Part shown: positions 9,107 through 18,630 of the stretch, piece after piece
How the letters are laid out: each line of letters starts with the position of its first letter
How positions within the stretch are numbered: the first letter of the stretch is position 1
Source of the DNA: Candidatus Cloacimonadales bacterium
Lineage (GTDB): Bacteria > Cloacimonadota > Cloacimonadia > Cloacimonadales > JAIOQZ01
Length of the DNA stretch: 64,000 bases
Assembly (NCBI GenBank): GCA_963674825.1
Contig: OY771587.1
Coordinates: 3,520,001-3,584,000 of the forward strand
Reading direction: 5' to 3'
Position numbers and translations under genes: made by a program
Notes under the pieces: model-generated
Database searches by the model: none
Told to the model about the DNA's origin: nothing
The model's input: the letters and a program-made list of their open reading frames with translations, nothing else

Positions 9107-9886
9107 TTAGCTGTGGCGTGCCCGGCACAGTCCCCGATGGGAATTTTGAGCGAACTCGATGAATCGCTGTTGTTCGAGAGTTGGATTCTCGATTTCCAAC
9201 GCCTTCTCGAGCGCATCACCGCGGTTCATTCCCGATCGGTAGAACAAATCGTAGATCGTCTTGATCGATTCAATCTGCTCTGCGGAAAACCCCTTTCGCT
9301 GTAAACCTACCGTGTTCAGTCCGGAAAGCCTGTACGGCATATCTTCACCGCGCGTGTAGGGCGGAACGTCCATCTTGACGCCCGATTTCCCACCGACGAA
9401 TGCATATGCGCCGATCTGCACAAACTGATGAACAGCCGTCATACCGCCGATAGTGACGAAGTCCTGAATCGTAATATGGCCGGCGAGGTTAACCGCGTTG
9501 GCGATGATCACGTTACTGCCGATATGGCAGTTATGCGCTACATGCGCGTAGGCCATCAGGAGGTTGTTGTCGCCCACGGTGACGGGCTCGTCCATGGTCG
9601 CGCTTTTGTTGATCGTGACGAATTCACGGATCGTGTTACCGTTGCCGATAATCAGTCTTGTGGGTTCGTTCTTGAATTTCAGGTCCTGAGGATCGGTAGC
9701 AATCACGGCAGAGTGGAAGAAACGGTTGTTCTGCCCGATCTCTGTGTGACCGTCGATCACTACATTCGAAACCAGTTCGCATCCGTCACCGATCGAGACA
9801 TGCTCGCCGATAATGCAATACGGACCTATTTTGACATTGTTTCCAATTCTGGCGTTGGGATGTACAATCGCTGTTGGATGAACCAT
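9107..9886 (-). CDS. lpxA: UDP-N-acetylglucosamine acyltransferase
   Basis: Hexapeptide repeats, 'PQDLKF', 'IREFVTI', 'MAYAHVAHNC', 'VHQFVQIG'. Confidence 0.96.
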   Translation of the reverse strand: MVHPTAIVHPNARIGNNVKIGPYCIIGEHVSIGDGCELVSNVVIDGHTEIGQNNRFFHSAVIATDPQDLKFKNEPTRLIIGNGNTIREFVTINKSATMDEPVTVGDNNLLMAYAHVAHNCHIGSNVIIANAVNLAGHITIQDFVTIGGMTAVHQFVQIGAYAFVGGKSGVKMDVPPYTRGEDMPYRLSGLNTVGLQRKGFSAEQIESIKTIYDLFYRSGMNRGDALEKALEIENPTLEQQRFIEFAQNSHRGLCRARHS

Positions 9887-9894
9887 TGGAACCT

Positions 9895-11289
9895 CTATTT
9901 CTTCATTAGTTTTGCGAGGAAATCGCCTTCGCAGACCTTTTGATCGCCCACATACGCGTCACCGTGCATTTTGACCAGCGTGCGCTTGAGCGAGATCACT
10001 TCCAGTTCGAACCGCAGTGTATCCCCCGGAAGAACCGGTTTGCGGAATTTAACGTTGTCGATCGACGCGAAGTACGCGACATAGTTCTCGGGATCATCGT
10101 ACTCGTTGAGGATCATGATGCCCCCGGTTTGTGCCATGGCTTCCACGATCAGGACACCTGGCATAACGGGATGCCCGGGGAAATGCCCCTGGAAGAACGG
10201 CTCGTTGATGGTGACATTCTTGATACCCACAATGCGCTTGCCGGCCTCGAATTCCGTGATTTTATCGACCAGCAAGAATGGATAGCGATGCGGCAGCATG
10301 CGCTGGATCGCGTTGATATCGAATACTACGTCTTTGAGCTTCTTGCCTTGGAAGGCCTTCTGCATCTCTTGTTTCTTGTGGATACCGCGAAGCTTTTTGA
10401 CCAGTTCGACGTTGGTCTTGTGTCCGCTGCGCGCTGCAAGGATATGGCCCTTGATGGGCAGTCCCAGAAGCGCGATATCGCCGATCAAGTCGACGACTTT
10501 ATGACGTACAAACTCGTTGTGGAAGCGCAACGGCGTGTTCATGAGAACTCCACGATCGCTAATCTCCACATTGTCGTAGTGGAACAGCTCTTTAAGCTTG
10601 TTCATCTTTTCTTCGGATATGTCCGGACCTGCAATCACCAGTGCGTTCTCGAGGCTGCCGCCCTTGATGAGGCCGGCTTCCTTGAGCGCGAGGATTTCGT
10701 GCAGGAAGCAAAAGGTACGCGCGGGAGCGAATTCCTTCTCGAAGTAATCCATGGAGGGCAGCCAGGTGTACTGTGTACCCACGTATTTGCTCGCGTATTC
10801 TACCATGAAGGTGACTTTAAGCTCGTTGGACGGGACGATCACAACATCGACATTGTCTTCCGTAGCGGAAAACGAAATGGGTTCGTCGAATTCAAAGTAT
10901 TCGCGTGGGCTGTTTTGCCTGATGTGTCCCACTTGATCCAGCAGCTTCATGAACGGAAGCGCGCTTCCATCGGCCACAGGAACTTCCGGTCCGTTCACTT
11001 CGACCCTTACGTTGTCCAGATCGCAGCCACGGATCGCGGCCAGGAGATGCTCGACCGTCGCAACAGACGCGTCGTTGATACCGATTGTCGTACCTCTGGA
11101 AATATCGATCACATGGTCGATATCAGCCGGAATCTCCGGGCTGCCTGGTAAGTCGGTACGGATGAAGACGATGCCCTCATCTTCGCCTGCCGGTTTAAAT
11201 GTCACTGTGGAAATCTCGCCGTAGTGAAGGCCGATTCCCGTATAACTGATTTGCCCACCTATCGTATGTTGATAATCTCTCATGATCAT
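9895..11289 (-). CDS. lpxC: Bifunctional LpxC deacetylase / FabZ dehydratase (start may be 11283)
   Basis: 'GIGLH', 'TVEHLLAA', 'PARTF', 'RHKVVDLIGD', then 'LPHRYPFLLVD', 'FFQGHFPGHPVMPGVLIVEAMAQ'. Confidence 0.96.
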   Translation of the reverse strand: MIMRDYQHTIGGQISYTGIGLHYGEISTVTFKPAGEDEGIVFIRTDLPGSPEIPADIDHVIDISRGTTIGINDASVATVEHLLAAIRGCDLDNVRVEVNGPEVPVADGSALPFMKLLDQVGHIRQNSPREYFEFDEPISFSATEDNVDVVIVPSNELKVTFMVEYASKYVGTQYTWLPSMDYFEKEFAPARTFCFLHEILALKEAGLIKGGSLENALVIAGPDISEEKMNKLKELFHYDNVEISDRGVLMNTPLRFHNEFVRHKVVDLIGDIALLGLPIKGHILAARSGHKTNVELVKKLRGIHKKQEMQKAFQGKKLKDVVFDINAIQRMLPHRYPFLLVDKITEFEAGKRIVGIKNVTINEPFFQGHFPGHPVMPGVLIVEAMAQTGGIMILNEYDDPENYVAYFASIDNVKFRKPVLPGDTLRFELEVISLKRTLVKMHGDAYVGDQKVCEGDFLAKLMKK

Positions 11290-12332
11290 TCCTCGTTTTT
11301 CTTCTTCTTCAGGAACTTACGCGTCTCTTTCATGAATTCGGGAAGCTTCATCAGGCTGAGGAGAACCCTCTTCTGTTGTGTCGCGTCCAGAGCCGGTGTT
11401 CCGAAGAGTTTCGCACCATCGGGCGCATCTTTGGCGAGGCCAGATTGAGCGGCGACCAGAACTTCGTCGCCGATCTTGGTGTGATCCGCCACGCCGACCT
11501 GCCCCGCAAGGTAGCAGCGACTACCGATCTCGGTACTTCCCGCAATTCCCACCTGCGAACAGAGAATCGTATCGGTGGCAATCACCACATTGTGGCCGAC
11601 CTGCACAAGGTTGTCCAGCTTGGTACGAGCACCGATGATGGTCGAGCCGAGTGTGGCGCGATCCACGCAACTGTTTGCGCCGATTTCCACATCGTCTTCG
11701 ATGATTACGTCGCCAATCTGCGGAATCTTGGCCTGCCTGCCTTCTATCAGCGCGTAACCGAAGCCATCTGCTCCGATCACCACGCCGCTGTGCAGAATCA
11801 CGCGATCCTGCAAAACACAATCGTCATATACTGTAACGTTCGCAAACAACTTACACCCTTTCCCAATCTTCACACGATCGCCGATTACGCAGTTCGCACC
11901 GATTATACAGTCGTTTCCGACGATCGAATTCTCTCCGATCACCACGCCCGGTGCGATATCGACATTCTTGCCGATCGTTGCCGATTCTGCTATATCCGAT
12001 GCCCTGCTCACGTGACGTTTTTTGCTGCGGCTTTCCGCTTCAAGCATTCCCGAGACAAGCATCATAAACGCCATCATTGGCCGTTCCACGATCAGACTAT
12101 TGCGGTTTTCAAACCCTTCTTCATAGAGCTTGGGGCTGACAAGAAGCAAGCCAGCGCGCGAAGCTTTGGCCGCTTCCAGAAAAGTGGGATTCTCCAGAAA
12201 GCAGATCGAAGTTTCGTCTGCATTCTCGGGAGAGGCAACGCTGGAAAGTTGCACAGAAGGATCGCCCTTGAGCTCACCTTTGAGGAGAAGCGCGATTTGG
12301 CCAGCGGTGCTTGTTGAACTGAAACGTTTCAT
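11286..12332 (-). CDS. lpxD: UDP-3-O-acyl-glucosamine N-acyltransferase
   Basis: 'IGADGFGY', 'KIPQIG', 'VDRATLG', 'KLDNLVQVGHNV'. Confidence 0.96.
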   Translation of the reverse strand: MKRFSSTSTAGQIALLLKGELKGDPSVQLSSVASPENADETSICFLENPTFLEAAKASRAGLLLVSPKLYEEGFENRNSLIVERPMMAFMMLVSGMLEAESRSKKRHVSRASDIAESATIGKNVDIAPGVVIGENSIVGNDCIIGANCVIGDRVKIGKGCKLFANVTVYDDCVLQDRVILHSGVVIGADGFGYALIEGRQAKIPQIGDVIIEDDVEIGANSCVDRATLGSTIIGARTKLDNLVQVGHNVVIATDTILCSQVGIAGSTEIGSRCYLAGQVGVADHTKIGDEVLVAAQSGLAKDAPDGAKLFGTPALDATQQKRVLLSLMKLPEFMKETRKFLKKKKNEE

Positions 12333-12333
12333 T

Positions 12334-12876
12334 TTATTCCTGGGTATTTCCTGTATCTTCGTCGGCTGCGGCGTTCATTTCGTCCAGTACGATGTCGGTG
12401 ACATCGAGGCTCGGAACTGCGTAGAGGACGCCAACCGTGCTATCGAGAATCAGAGAGTAGCTGTATTCATCTGCAACTTTCTTGATTGCGATATTGATCT
12501 TGTTCATGATCGGTTCGAGAAGTTCTTCGTTCTTGCGAGCGGCCTTACCGTTTTCACCGAAGATTTCCTGAATGAGCTGTTTGCGCTCTTCCATCTTCGT
12601 GTTGATCGCTGCTTCAGCTTCTTTCTTTCCTGCGTCGGTCATGGTGAGTTTACGATTTTCGTATTCTTCGGAGAGACGATCAATCTCGTCTTCGAGTTCG
12701 GTAACCTGCTGTTCCCAGACCTGCATTTCGCTTTCAAAAAGCTGCTCGGCTTCCTGACGGTCTGTTGATTCCATCATCAGGCGGCTGCTGTCCACATAAC
12801 CGATCTTGAGTTCATCCGATGCCATCAGCGCCATTACAAACACTGTCAGGATCAGAGCCAATATTATCTTCTTCAT
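12334..12876 (-). CDS. skp: OmpH/Skp periplasmic chaperone
   Basis: Signal peptide, 'KIGYVDS', coiled coil, 'DVTDIVL'; directly upstream of lpxD. Confidence 0.9.
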   Translation of the reverse strand: MKKIILALILTVFVMALMASDELKIGYVDSSRLMMESTDRQEAEQLFESEMQVWEQQVTELEDEIDRLSEEYENRKLTMTDAGKKEAEAAINTKMEERKQLIQEIFGENGKAARKNEELLEPIMNKINIAIKKVADEYSYSLILDSTVGVLYAVPSLDVTDIVLDEMNAAADEDTGNTQE

Positions 12877-12966
12877 GATTCCTCCGTTTATCGAATCTTA
12901 TTATTATCTTTGTAAGTTTTCCATAAAAAATTCCGGTAAGTCTGCGTCAATAGAAAAACGCAGCCC

Positions 12967-15549
12967 CTACCTGGCGGCGAGAATCCGCTGTTTCAAATCT
13001 TCGACACCAACAAAATCGGGATTAACCTCTTCGATCTGCTGGATTTCCTTCAAAGCGTCATCGTAACGTCCGCTCTCGAAATAAATTCCGGCTGCGACGA
13101 ACCGAATATTGATGCTTTCGGGATGCCGTGCGATGTAGTTACTAAGCGGCTCGATCACCAGATTGAAATCACGGGTACGATAGGCGATATTCATCAATCC
13201 TTCTACAGCACTCAGGTTGTCTGGATTGCGCTTCGCGATATCCTGAAGAATCACGCGTGCCCGATCCAGGTCACCTTTCGCGAGATAGATCGATGCGATT
13301 CCGTACTGTACCTGCACGTTGCCCGGTGCGATCTCTTCCGCGCGTTCGAGTAGCGGTAAGGCTTTCTCTGGCTGGTTCAAGATCAGTAAGCACGACCCCA
13401 GCGTGATAAGGATATCCGGATTGGTATCATCGATTTCATACGCTTCCTGCACGTATCCGAGTGCATCACTCGCGCGGCTAAGCTTGATCAACAGCTTGGC
13501 TTTGAGGGTCAAAACTTTGAGCAGCAGTGTCCTGTCAATCAGCGAAAGCGTGTCGATGGTGTCGATCTTCTCCAGAGCCTGGTCGTAAAAATCCTGTTTA
13601 TCCAGTGCGATCGCAGCCATCAGCGCAACTTCAGGATCATGCGGGATCATTGCCTCGTAAACATCAACCTTCTCATATTTCCCCTGACTGAACAGGTAGC
13701 GAATATAGCGTTTGATCAGCTCCGTATCGGAAGGATTCTCTGCAATCTTGCTCAAAAGTACATCTTCGTTTTCGTCGCGAGGCTCATCTTCTTCCACGAA
13801 TTGGAGTGCGCTGGATGTCTGGCGTTCAGCGTCCGGAGTCTTGCTGTCAAGGTCGTTGAACTGTAATCCCGGAAAAGTGAAACCGCCGATTTTCTCCAGC
13901 ATGGAGATCTGCTTGCGTGTGATATATGAATCGAGCGCCAGGGCGGAGATCCTGCCATGCATCTGCACGGAACGGAACATCTCCAGCCAGCTCAGCGTCT
14001 TTTTCTCACAGTTTGTGAACTGCTCGGTATTTTCCCAAATCTCCTTGCGGGAAGCGAAGACCGGTGTTTCCAGATACGGAATTTCCTTCCATTGCCCGGT
14101 CATGGCGTATGTAAGTTGCCAGCCGATCAGATGTTTAGGCATCTCGTCGGAGACACGGACATGGAATCGGAGCTGTTGCAGGGTGAGGTCTTCGGAGTTT
14201 TCGCAAAGTGGGATAACCAGCCCGAGGCGATCGTTGAGCATCAGATGGTTACTGAGCAGACAGGCCATCATGGGCGAGAATTCCCACCTGGCATCCGCGT
14301 AGATAAAGGTATTCGTGCGTATTTTATCCAGTGCGTTAAAGATCGTCTGTTGCCGGGTCGCACCGGATTCAATCTCAGCGTCGCCGTTACCTGTTCCAGC
14401 CATCAGGATGTCGAAACGGTTTTCGTATTTCTTGAAGATATCGCTGATTTCGTAGCCCTCGGGGTTATCGATGAGGATGGTCCCACGGGGTTCCTGCTGA
14501 TGCAGAAGGTTCAGAGCATGCGATACGATTTTTTCTGCGCTTGTTCCGTCCCGTACGCTGATGAACTGGTTTGCGATCTCCTGCGACTCGGCTGTAGGTG
14601 CCTGGCGCAGAAGTAGGTTGAATACACGTTCCTGGAGCTCTCCTACGTGACGAATACGTGTTCCGACATCCCGGAAACGATACTCAAGGTCGTCGGAAGC
14701 GAAATTGGGGTAGTCTTTCTGCGTAGGGCTGTCGAAGAGAACCACCGGCTTACCCAGTGCAGCGAATTCGTAGATAACCGACGAGACATCGGTGATCAAT
14801 AGGTCGGACGCGGCGAAAGACGGTGCGATATCCATTGATTCCGAGTAGTACATGTTGTGGTCGTGATCGGCAAGGGAGCGGTATTCGCGCTTCCATTCTT
14901 CAGGGGCTGCACCGTGCAGTTTGATGATAATATTCAGATAATCCGGTAGGTATTTGCGGAAATCGGTACGAATATGCGGTACAATGCTGAGTTCTCGATT
15001 AAACGTCGGGGCAAAGAGGATGGTTTTATTGTCTGGATTGAGCCCCATCATGCGAAGCACTTCGGCGCGATTCCATTCTCCCATGAAGAGACTGTCGAGC
15101 TTTGCCATGCCGGTAACTTCGATCGGCACTTTTACCTGTTTCTCCAGAACCTGCTTGTGAATGGTACCGGGGACGCACATCAAGTCGGCGCAATTCTCGC
15201 GACGGCTGATGAGCTTATCGGTGAAGAACCACCCTTTACTGATAGTCCCATGTCCGATATTGACGATCTTGCCCAGTCCTTCCACATACTGGTAGCTGAA
15301 ATCGGCCATGAACGTGATATCCGGCTGCCATGCGTACGGGTCGTCAACCATTTCAAAGGGTACCCGCACGTTCTCATGAAGGACATTCTTGCGCAAGCCA
15401 CGTCCGGGGATCCCCTCGCGTGATTCAAAGTATTCGACTGTTCCGATTCCTATTTCACCAAGCCCGATGTCGTGGATGTATTCCATCAACGGTACGAGCA
15501 TGGGCAGATGAAGTTCGCGTTCTAGAAAGAAGAAAAACCGTCTCTTCAC
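12967..15549 (-). CDS. CDP-glycerol glycerophosphotransferase (TagF-like) domain protein with C-terminal TPRs
   Basis: 'IGHG', 'TGMAKLD', 'ILFAPTF', 'IKLH', 'DLLITDVSSVIYEFAALGKPVV'; TPR-like helical repeats in the last ~250 aa. Confidence 0.8.
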   Translation of the reverse strand: MKRRFFFFLERELHLPMLVPLMEYIHDIGLGEIGIGTVEYFESREGIPGRGLRKNVLHENVRVPFEMVDDPYAWQPDITFMADFSYQYVEGLGKIVNIGHGTISKGWFFTDKLISRRENCADLMCVPGTIHKQVLEKQVKVPIEVTGMAKLDSLFMGEWNRAEVLRMMGLNPDNKTILFAPTFNRELSIVPHIRTDFRKYLPDYLNIIIKLHGAAPEEWKREYRSLADHDHNMYYSESMDIAPSFAASDLLITDVSSVIYEFAALGKPVVLFDSPTQKDYPNFASDDLEYRFRDVGTRIRHVGELQERVFNLLLRQAPTAESQEIANQFISVRDGTSAEKIVSHALNLLHQQEPRGTILIDNPEGYEISDIFKKYENRFDILMAGTGNGDAEIESGATRQQTIFNALDKIRTNTFIYADARWEFSPMMACLLSNHLMLNDRLGLVIPLCENSEDLTLQQLRFHVRVSDEMPKHLIGWQLTYAMTGQWKEIPYLETPVFASRKEIWENTEQFTNCEKKTLSWLEMFRSVQMHGRISALALDSYITRKQISMLEKIGGFTFPGLQFNDLDSKTPDAERQTSSALQFVEEDEPRDENEDVLLSKIAENPSDTELIKRYIRYLFSQGKYEKVDVYEAMIPHDPEVALMAAIALDKQDFYDQALEKIDTIDTLSLIDRTLLLKVLTLKAKLLIKLSRASDALGYVQEAYEIDDTNPDILITLGSCLLILNQPEKALPLLERAEEIAPGNVQVQYGIASIYLAKGDLDRARVILQDIAKRNPDNLSAVEGLMNIAYRTRDFNLVIEPLSNYIARHPESINIRFVAAGIYFESGRYDDALKEIQQIEEVNPDFVGVEDLKQRILAAR

Positions 15550-15570
15550 GATACCACCTCAATCGTTACG

Positions 15571-18402
15571 TTATTTTCTCATCTCATCCTGGATATATTT
15601 CACATAGGGTTTCACTGCTTCTTCGCCCTGGTAGCCCTTGACGATTTCAAGCAACTCGAGTCCTTTCTCGTATTGTTCAGATATAATGATCGGTCCGGTA
15701 ATTGCGCCGGCCAAACGCTTATTCAACGGATCGATTGTGATGGCACGTCTCAGTGTCTTGATTCCGTCGTCGGTCATGCCTGCTTCAAGCTGATAATCGG
15801 CCAGATCTACGTAATTCAAATAGTTACTCGGTTGCAGCTCGATCACCTTGTTCATGGTCTGAATTGCTTTCTCAACGCTTCCCTTTTGCAGGTAGAGCTC
15901 AGCAAGTTCGGCATAGATATCGGCCTGCTGATCCTTGCTTAGCGTATCGACCGCGGTTTTGATCTGATCTTCGCGCATCTGGATACGAGCAAGCATTTCA
16001 TCGCGTTTTTGGTACAGCGTATTGAGGCTTCTCTCCACGCCCTTGTTATCTTTGACGAATGCTACACCCTTTTCCATGTATTCGATCGCCTTGTTTACAT
16101 TACCGCGTTCGAGGTAGTAACGTGAAGCACGCATGATAAATGAAGCGCCGTAGTTTCCAAGCAGACGCATGGTGTTGGGATCTTTGTACATAGTGCTGTC
16201 GAAGATCCCCCGATATTGATATACACCTTCAATGCTGTTGAGGAGCCGCTTCATATCGGTGTTGTCCTCACGCTCGATAGAAACGAGCCGGTCAACCATA
16301 CCTTCGTTGCGGCGGAAATGGGTCAATCCAAGCTTGGGAACGATATCCGTGTCGCGACTGTCGGGAACCGTTACCGCGATGTAGATCGGGCGTTTGCCGT
16401 AGTTATCGCGGATAATCTGTAGCGCTGCCAGTTCGTTACTGTAGAGCACTGTCCCCTCTTTCAGCTCGACGAGGAAATCATCGGATGTGTTCGGGGATTC
16501 GATCTTGATACGTCCGCTGCGCGGTAATTGCATGGGATAGAGCGCAGTTCCATATTTACTGGGCGTGATCAGGCTATCGGGAATCGAGAATTCGATGCCT
16601 TCTTTGTCACGAAGCTGCCGGATATACCAGGGAGTATTGAGCAGACTAAGGTTCGCGACAGACACATCGAGCCGGATACCTTCGCACTCGGTGCGCTTGT
16701 ATTCCATCGCCTGGGTGATAAGTTCTTTCGTTTTATCAGTAGGATAAACATCCTTCGCGGGATATACATGCTCAACCGCGTACGGATCGTGAACCGCCTG
16801 AGCATACCAGAGCGGGAATGTATCGTTATCGCCATTAGTAAAGACGATCGCGTTTTCTTCGAGGCTGTTGAGGAAGTTAACGCCGTAGTCCAGCGCGATA
16901 ACGTCTTTGTGACGGTCATGAATGAAGTATTGAGAGGTGAGGTTGAACACCGGGAGAATCATCACGATTGCGAGTAAGATTGAAGCCAGCGCTTTCGATT
17001 TGTCCCAGATAAGACGCACGAGCCCAATGCTACCGATCGCCATCCAGATCGTCCAGAGGTAGTAGGCATTGGTGAAGAAGTATTCGCGGTCACGTACTTC
17101 TGCGTCGGAGAGGTTCATCACGAAAATCATGGCAATCGAGCTCATGAAGAAGAAGGAAAAGAAGTAAGCGAACGAATGCTTGTTGCGCTTTGCGTGGTGA
17201 TAAATACCGAAGAAGCCGAGTAGCGCGACAACCAGATTGGAAAGCACCTGGAAGAACGCCTGTCCGCCGCCAAACCATCTGGCGAGTGTCTCAGCGCTGA
17301 AGAATTGCCAGGAGAAGTAGCGCAGGAAATGGTAATCGACCTGATAGAACAGCGACGCGCGCCGTTCGAGGAAGCTGGTCACGCCGTACTGACGCCGTAG
17401 GATGTATTCCATGAAGAGCGGCATGTTGTGCGGGTAGCCTTCATTGATGAAAGGCCGGAGCGAGGAGCGCACCAGAAGAAAAGCATGCGAACTCAAGCCA
17501 ATTGCGATAAAGACAAGAGCCAGCATCCAGGCGTTGATCGTGACTTTGTCACGAAGGTGGAACCACAGAAGGCCGATACCGACAAGTGCGAACATCCATT
17601 TGCCAAGGCTGGGAATGCGTGCGCTTTCGCCAAGCATGTTGAAAACGGCGTAGATGATAATGATGCCGACCAGATAGATTCCCACACGTGCCCAGAATCC
17701 GCCGGAACGAACGTTGTGCCTTATGAGAGGATATACGGCAACAAACAAAACAGCCGGCGCTATCTGCAGCGATGTCTGATGGATGCCGAACCCAAGGAAA
17801 AAGACATAGATAATCAGGAGCAAAATGTTCTGGTGCGAGAAGTTACGGGATTTCTCAACCCAAACCATCGTTAGCCACATAATCAGGTTAATGATCAGGC
17901 TAAGGCCGGAATAGACTTCCGCTTCGATCGCGTTGTTCCAGAACGTGTAGGAAAACGCGGACATCAGTGCTGCGAATACGCCCATCATGATTACGAAAAG
18001 CGGCTTCTCTTCGTACATCGATACAAGCTTGACCGTGAAGAGATACAGGAACATCACTGCAAGTGCGGACATCAAGCCAGACAGGAAGTTGATAACCATC
18101 GCATGCGGTATGCTACCCCCGAGAACGGCAAAGAATCGACCCATCATGATATAGAATGGGTTGCCGGGCGGATGAGGAACCCCTAGGATACTGCTGCATG
18201 TGATATACTCGCCACAATCCCAGAATGAAAGCGATCTCGCTTGTGTCATGATATAGACGGCAAGCGTGGCAGCAAAGATTACAAGTGCGATGATTAGATT
18301 GGTCTTGCGGTTTACGACTGGCTGCGGGAAAAGCCTTGGGTTGCTATAGTAATTGACGGCTCCCATACCGCCGATCGTATTCTTCTTGTTTCCAGAAACC
18401 AT
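15571..18402 (-). CDS. DUF2723/TMEM260-like polytopic membrane glycosyltransferase with TPRs
   Basis: 'SFWDCGEYI...LGVPHPPGNP', 'EAEVYS', 'FTNGDNDTFPLWY', 'NLSLLNTPWY'. Confidence 0.85.
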   Translation of the reverse strand: MVSGNKKNTIGGMGAVNYYSNPRLFPQPVVNRKTNLIIALVIFAATLAVYIMTQARSLSFWDCGEYITCSSILGVPHPPGNPFYIMMGRFFAVLGGSIPHAMVINFLSGLMSALAVMFLYLFTVKLVSMYEEKPLFVIMMGVFAALMSAFSYTFWNNAIEAEVYSGLSLIINLIMWLTMVWVEKSRNFSHQNILLLIIYVFFLGFGIHQTSLQIAPAVLFVAVYPLIRHNVRSGGFWARVGIYLVGIIIIYAVFNMLGESARIPSLGKWMFALVGIGLLWFHLRDKVTINAWMLALVFIAIGLSSHAFLLVRSSLRPFINEGYPHNMPLFMEYILRRQYGVTSFLERRASLFYQVDYHFLRYFSWQFFSAETLARWFGGGQAFFQVLSNLVVALLGFFGIYHHAKRNKHSFAYFFSFFFMSSIAMIFVMNLSDAEVRDREYFFTNAYYLWTIWMAIGSIGLVRLIWDKSKALASILLAIVMILPVFNLTSQYFIHDRHKDVIALDYGVNFLNSLEENAIVFTNGDNDTFPLWYAQAVHDPYAVEHVYPAKDVYPTDKTKELITQAMEYKRTECEGIRLDVSVANLSLLNTPWYIRQLRDKEGIEFSIPDSLITPSKYGTALYPMQLPRSGRIKIESPNTSDDFLVELKEGTVLYSNELAALQIIRDNYGKRPIYIAVTVPDSRDTDIVPKLGLTHFRRNEGMVDRLVSIEREDNTDMKRLLNSIEGVYQYRGIFDSTMYKDPNTMRLLGNYGASFIMRASRYYLERGNVNKAIEYMEKGVAFVKDNKGVERSLNTLYQKRDEMLARIQMREDQIKTAVDTLSKDQQADIYAELAELYLQKGSVEKAIQTMNKVIELQPSNYLNYVDLADYQLEAGMTDDGIKTLRRAITIDPLNKRLAGAITGPIIISEQYEKGLELLEIVKGYQGEEAVKPYVKYIQDEMRK

Positions 18403-18630
18403 GTACGCTCCCTGATAGTACTATTTCAAGAACGAATCGCTCAATCGCTGATTAACGTCAAGCAAATAAATCTCGAATGTTGAACGAACGATTCCCAAAG
18501 GTATTACACCTCTATTTTCAGGAGGATTGCAGTCAGGAATCAGTTGACCCGATTTCTCTTGACGCAGCTCCAATAAACGATAAATCTAAACTCCAGGAAT
18601 TACAATATAATTACAATGGAGTGACGATAT

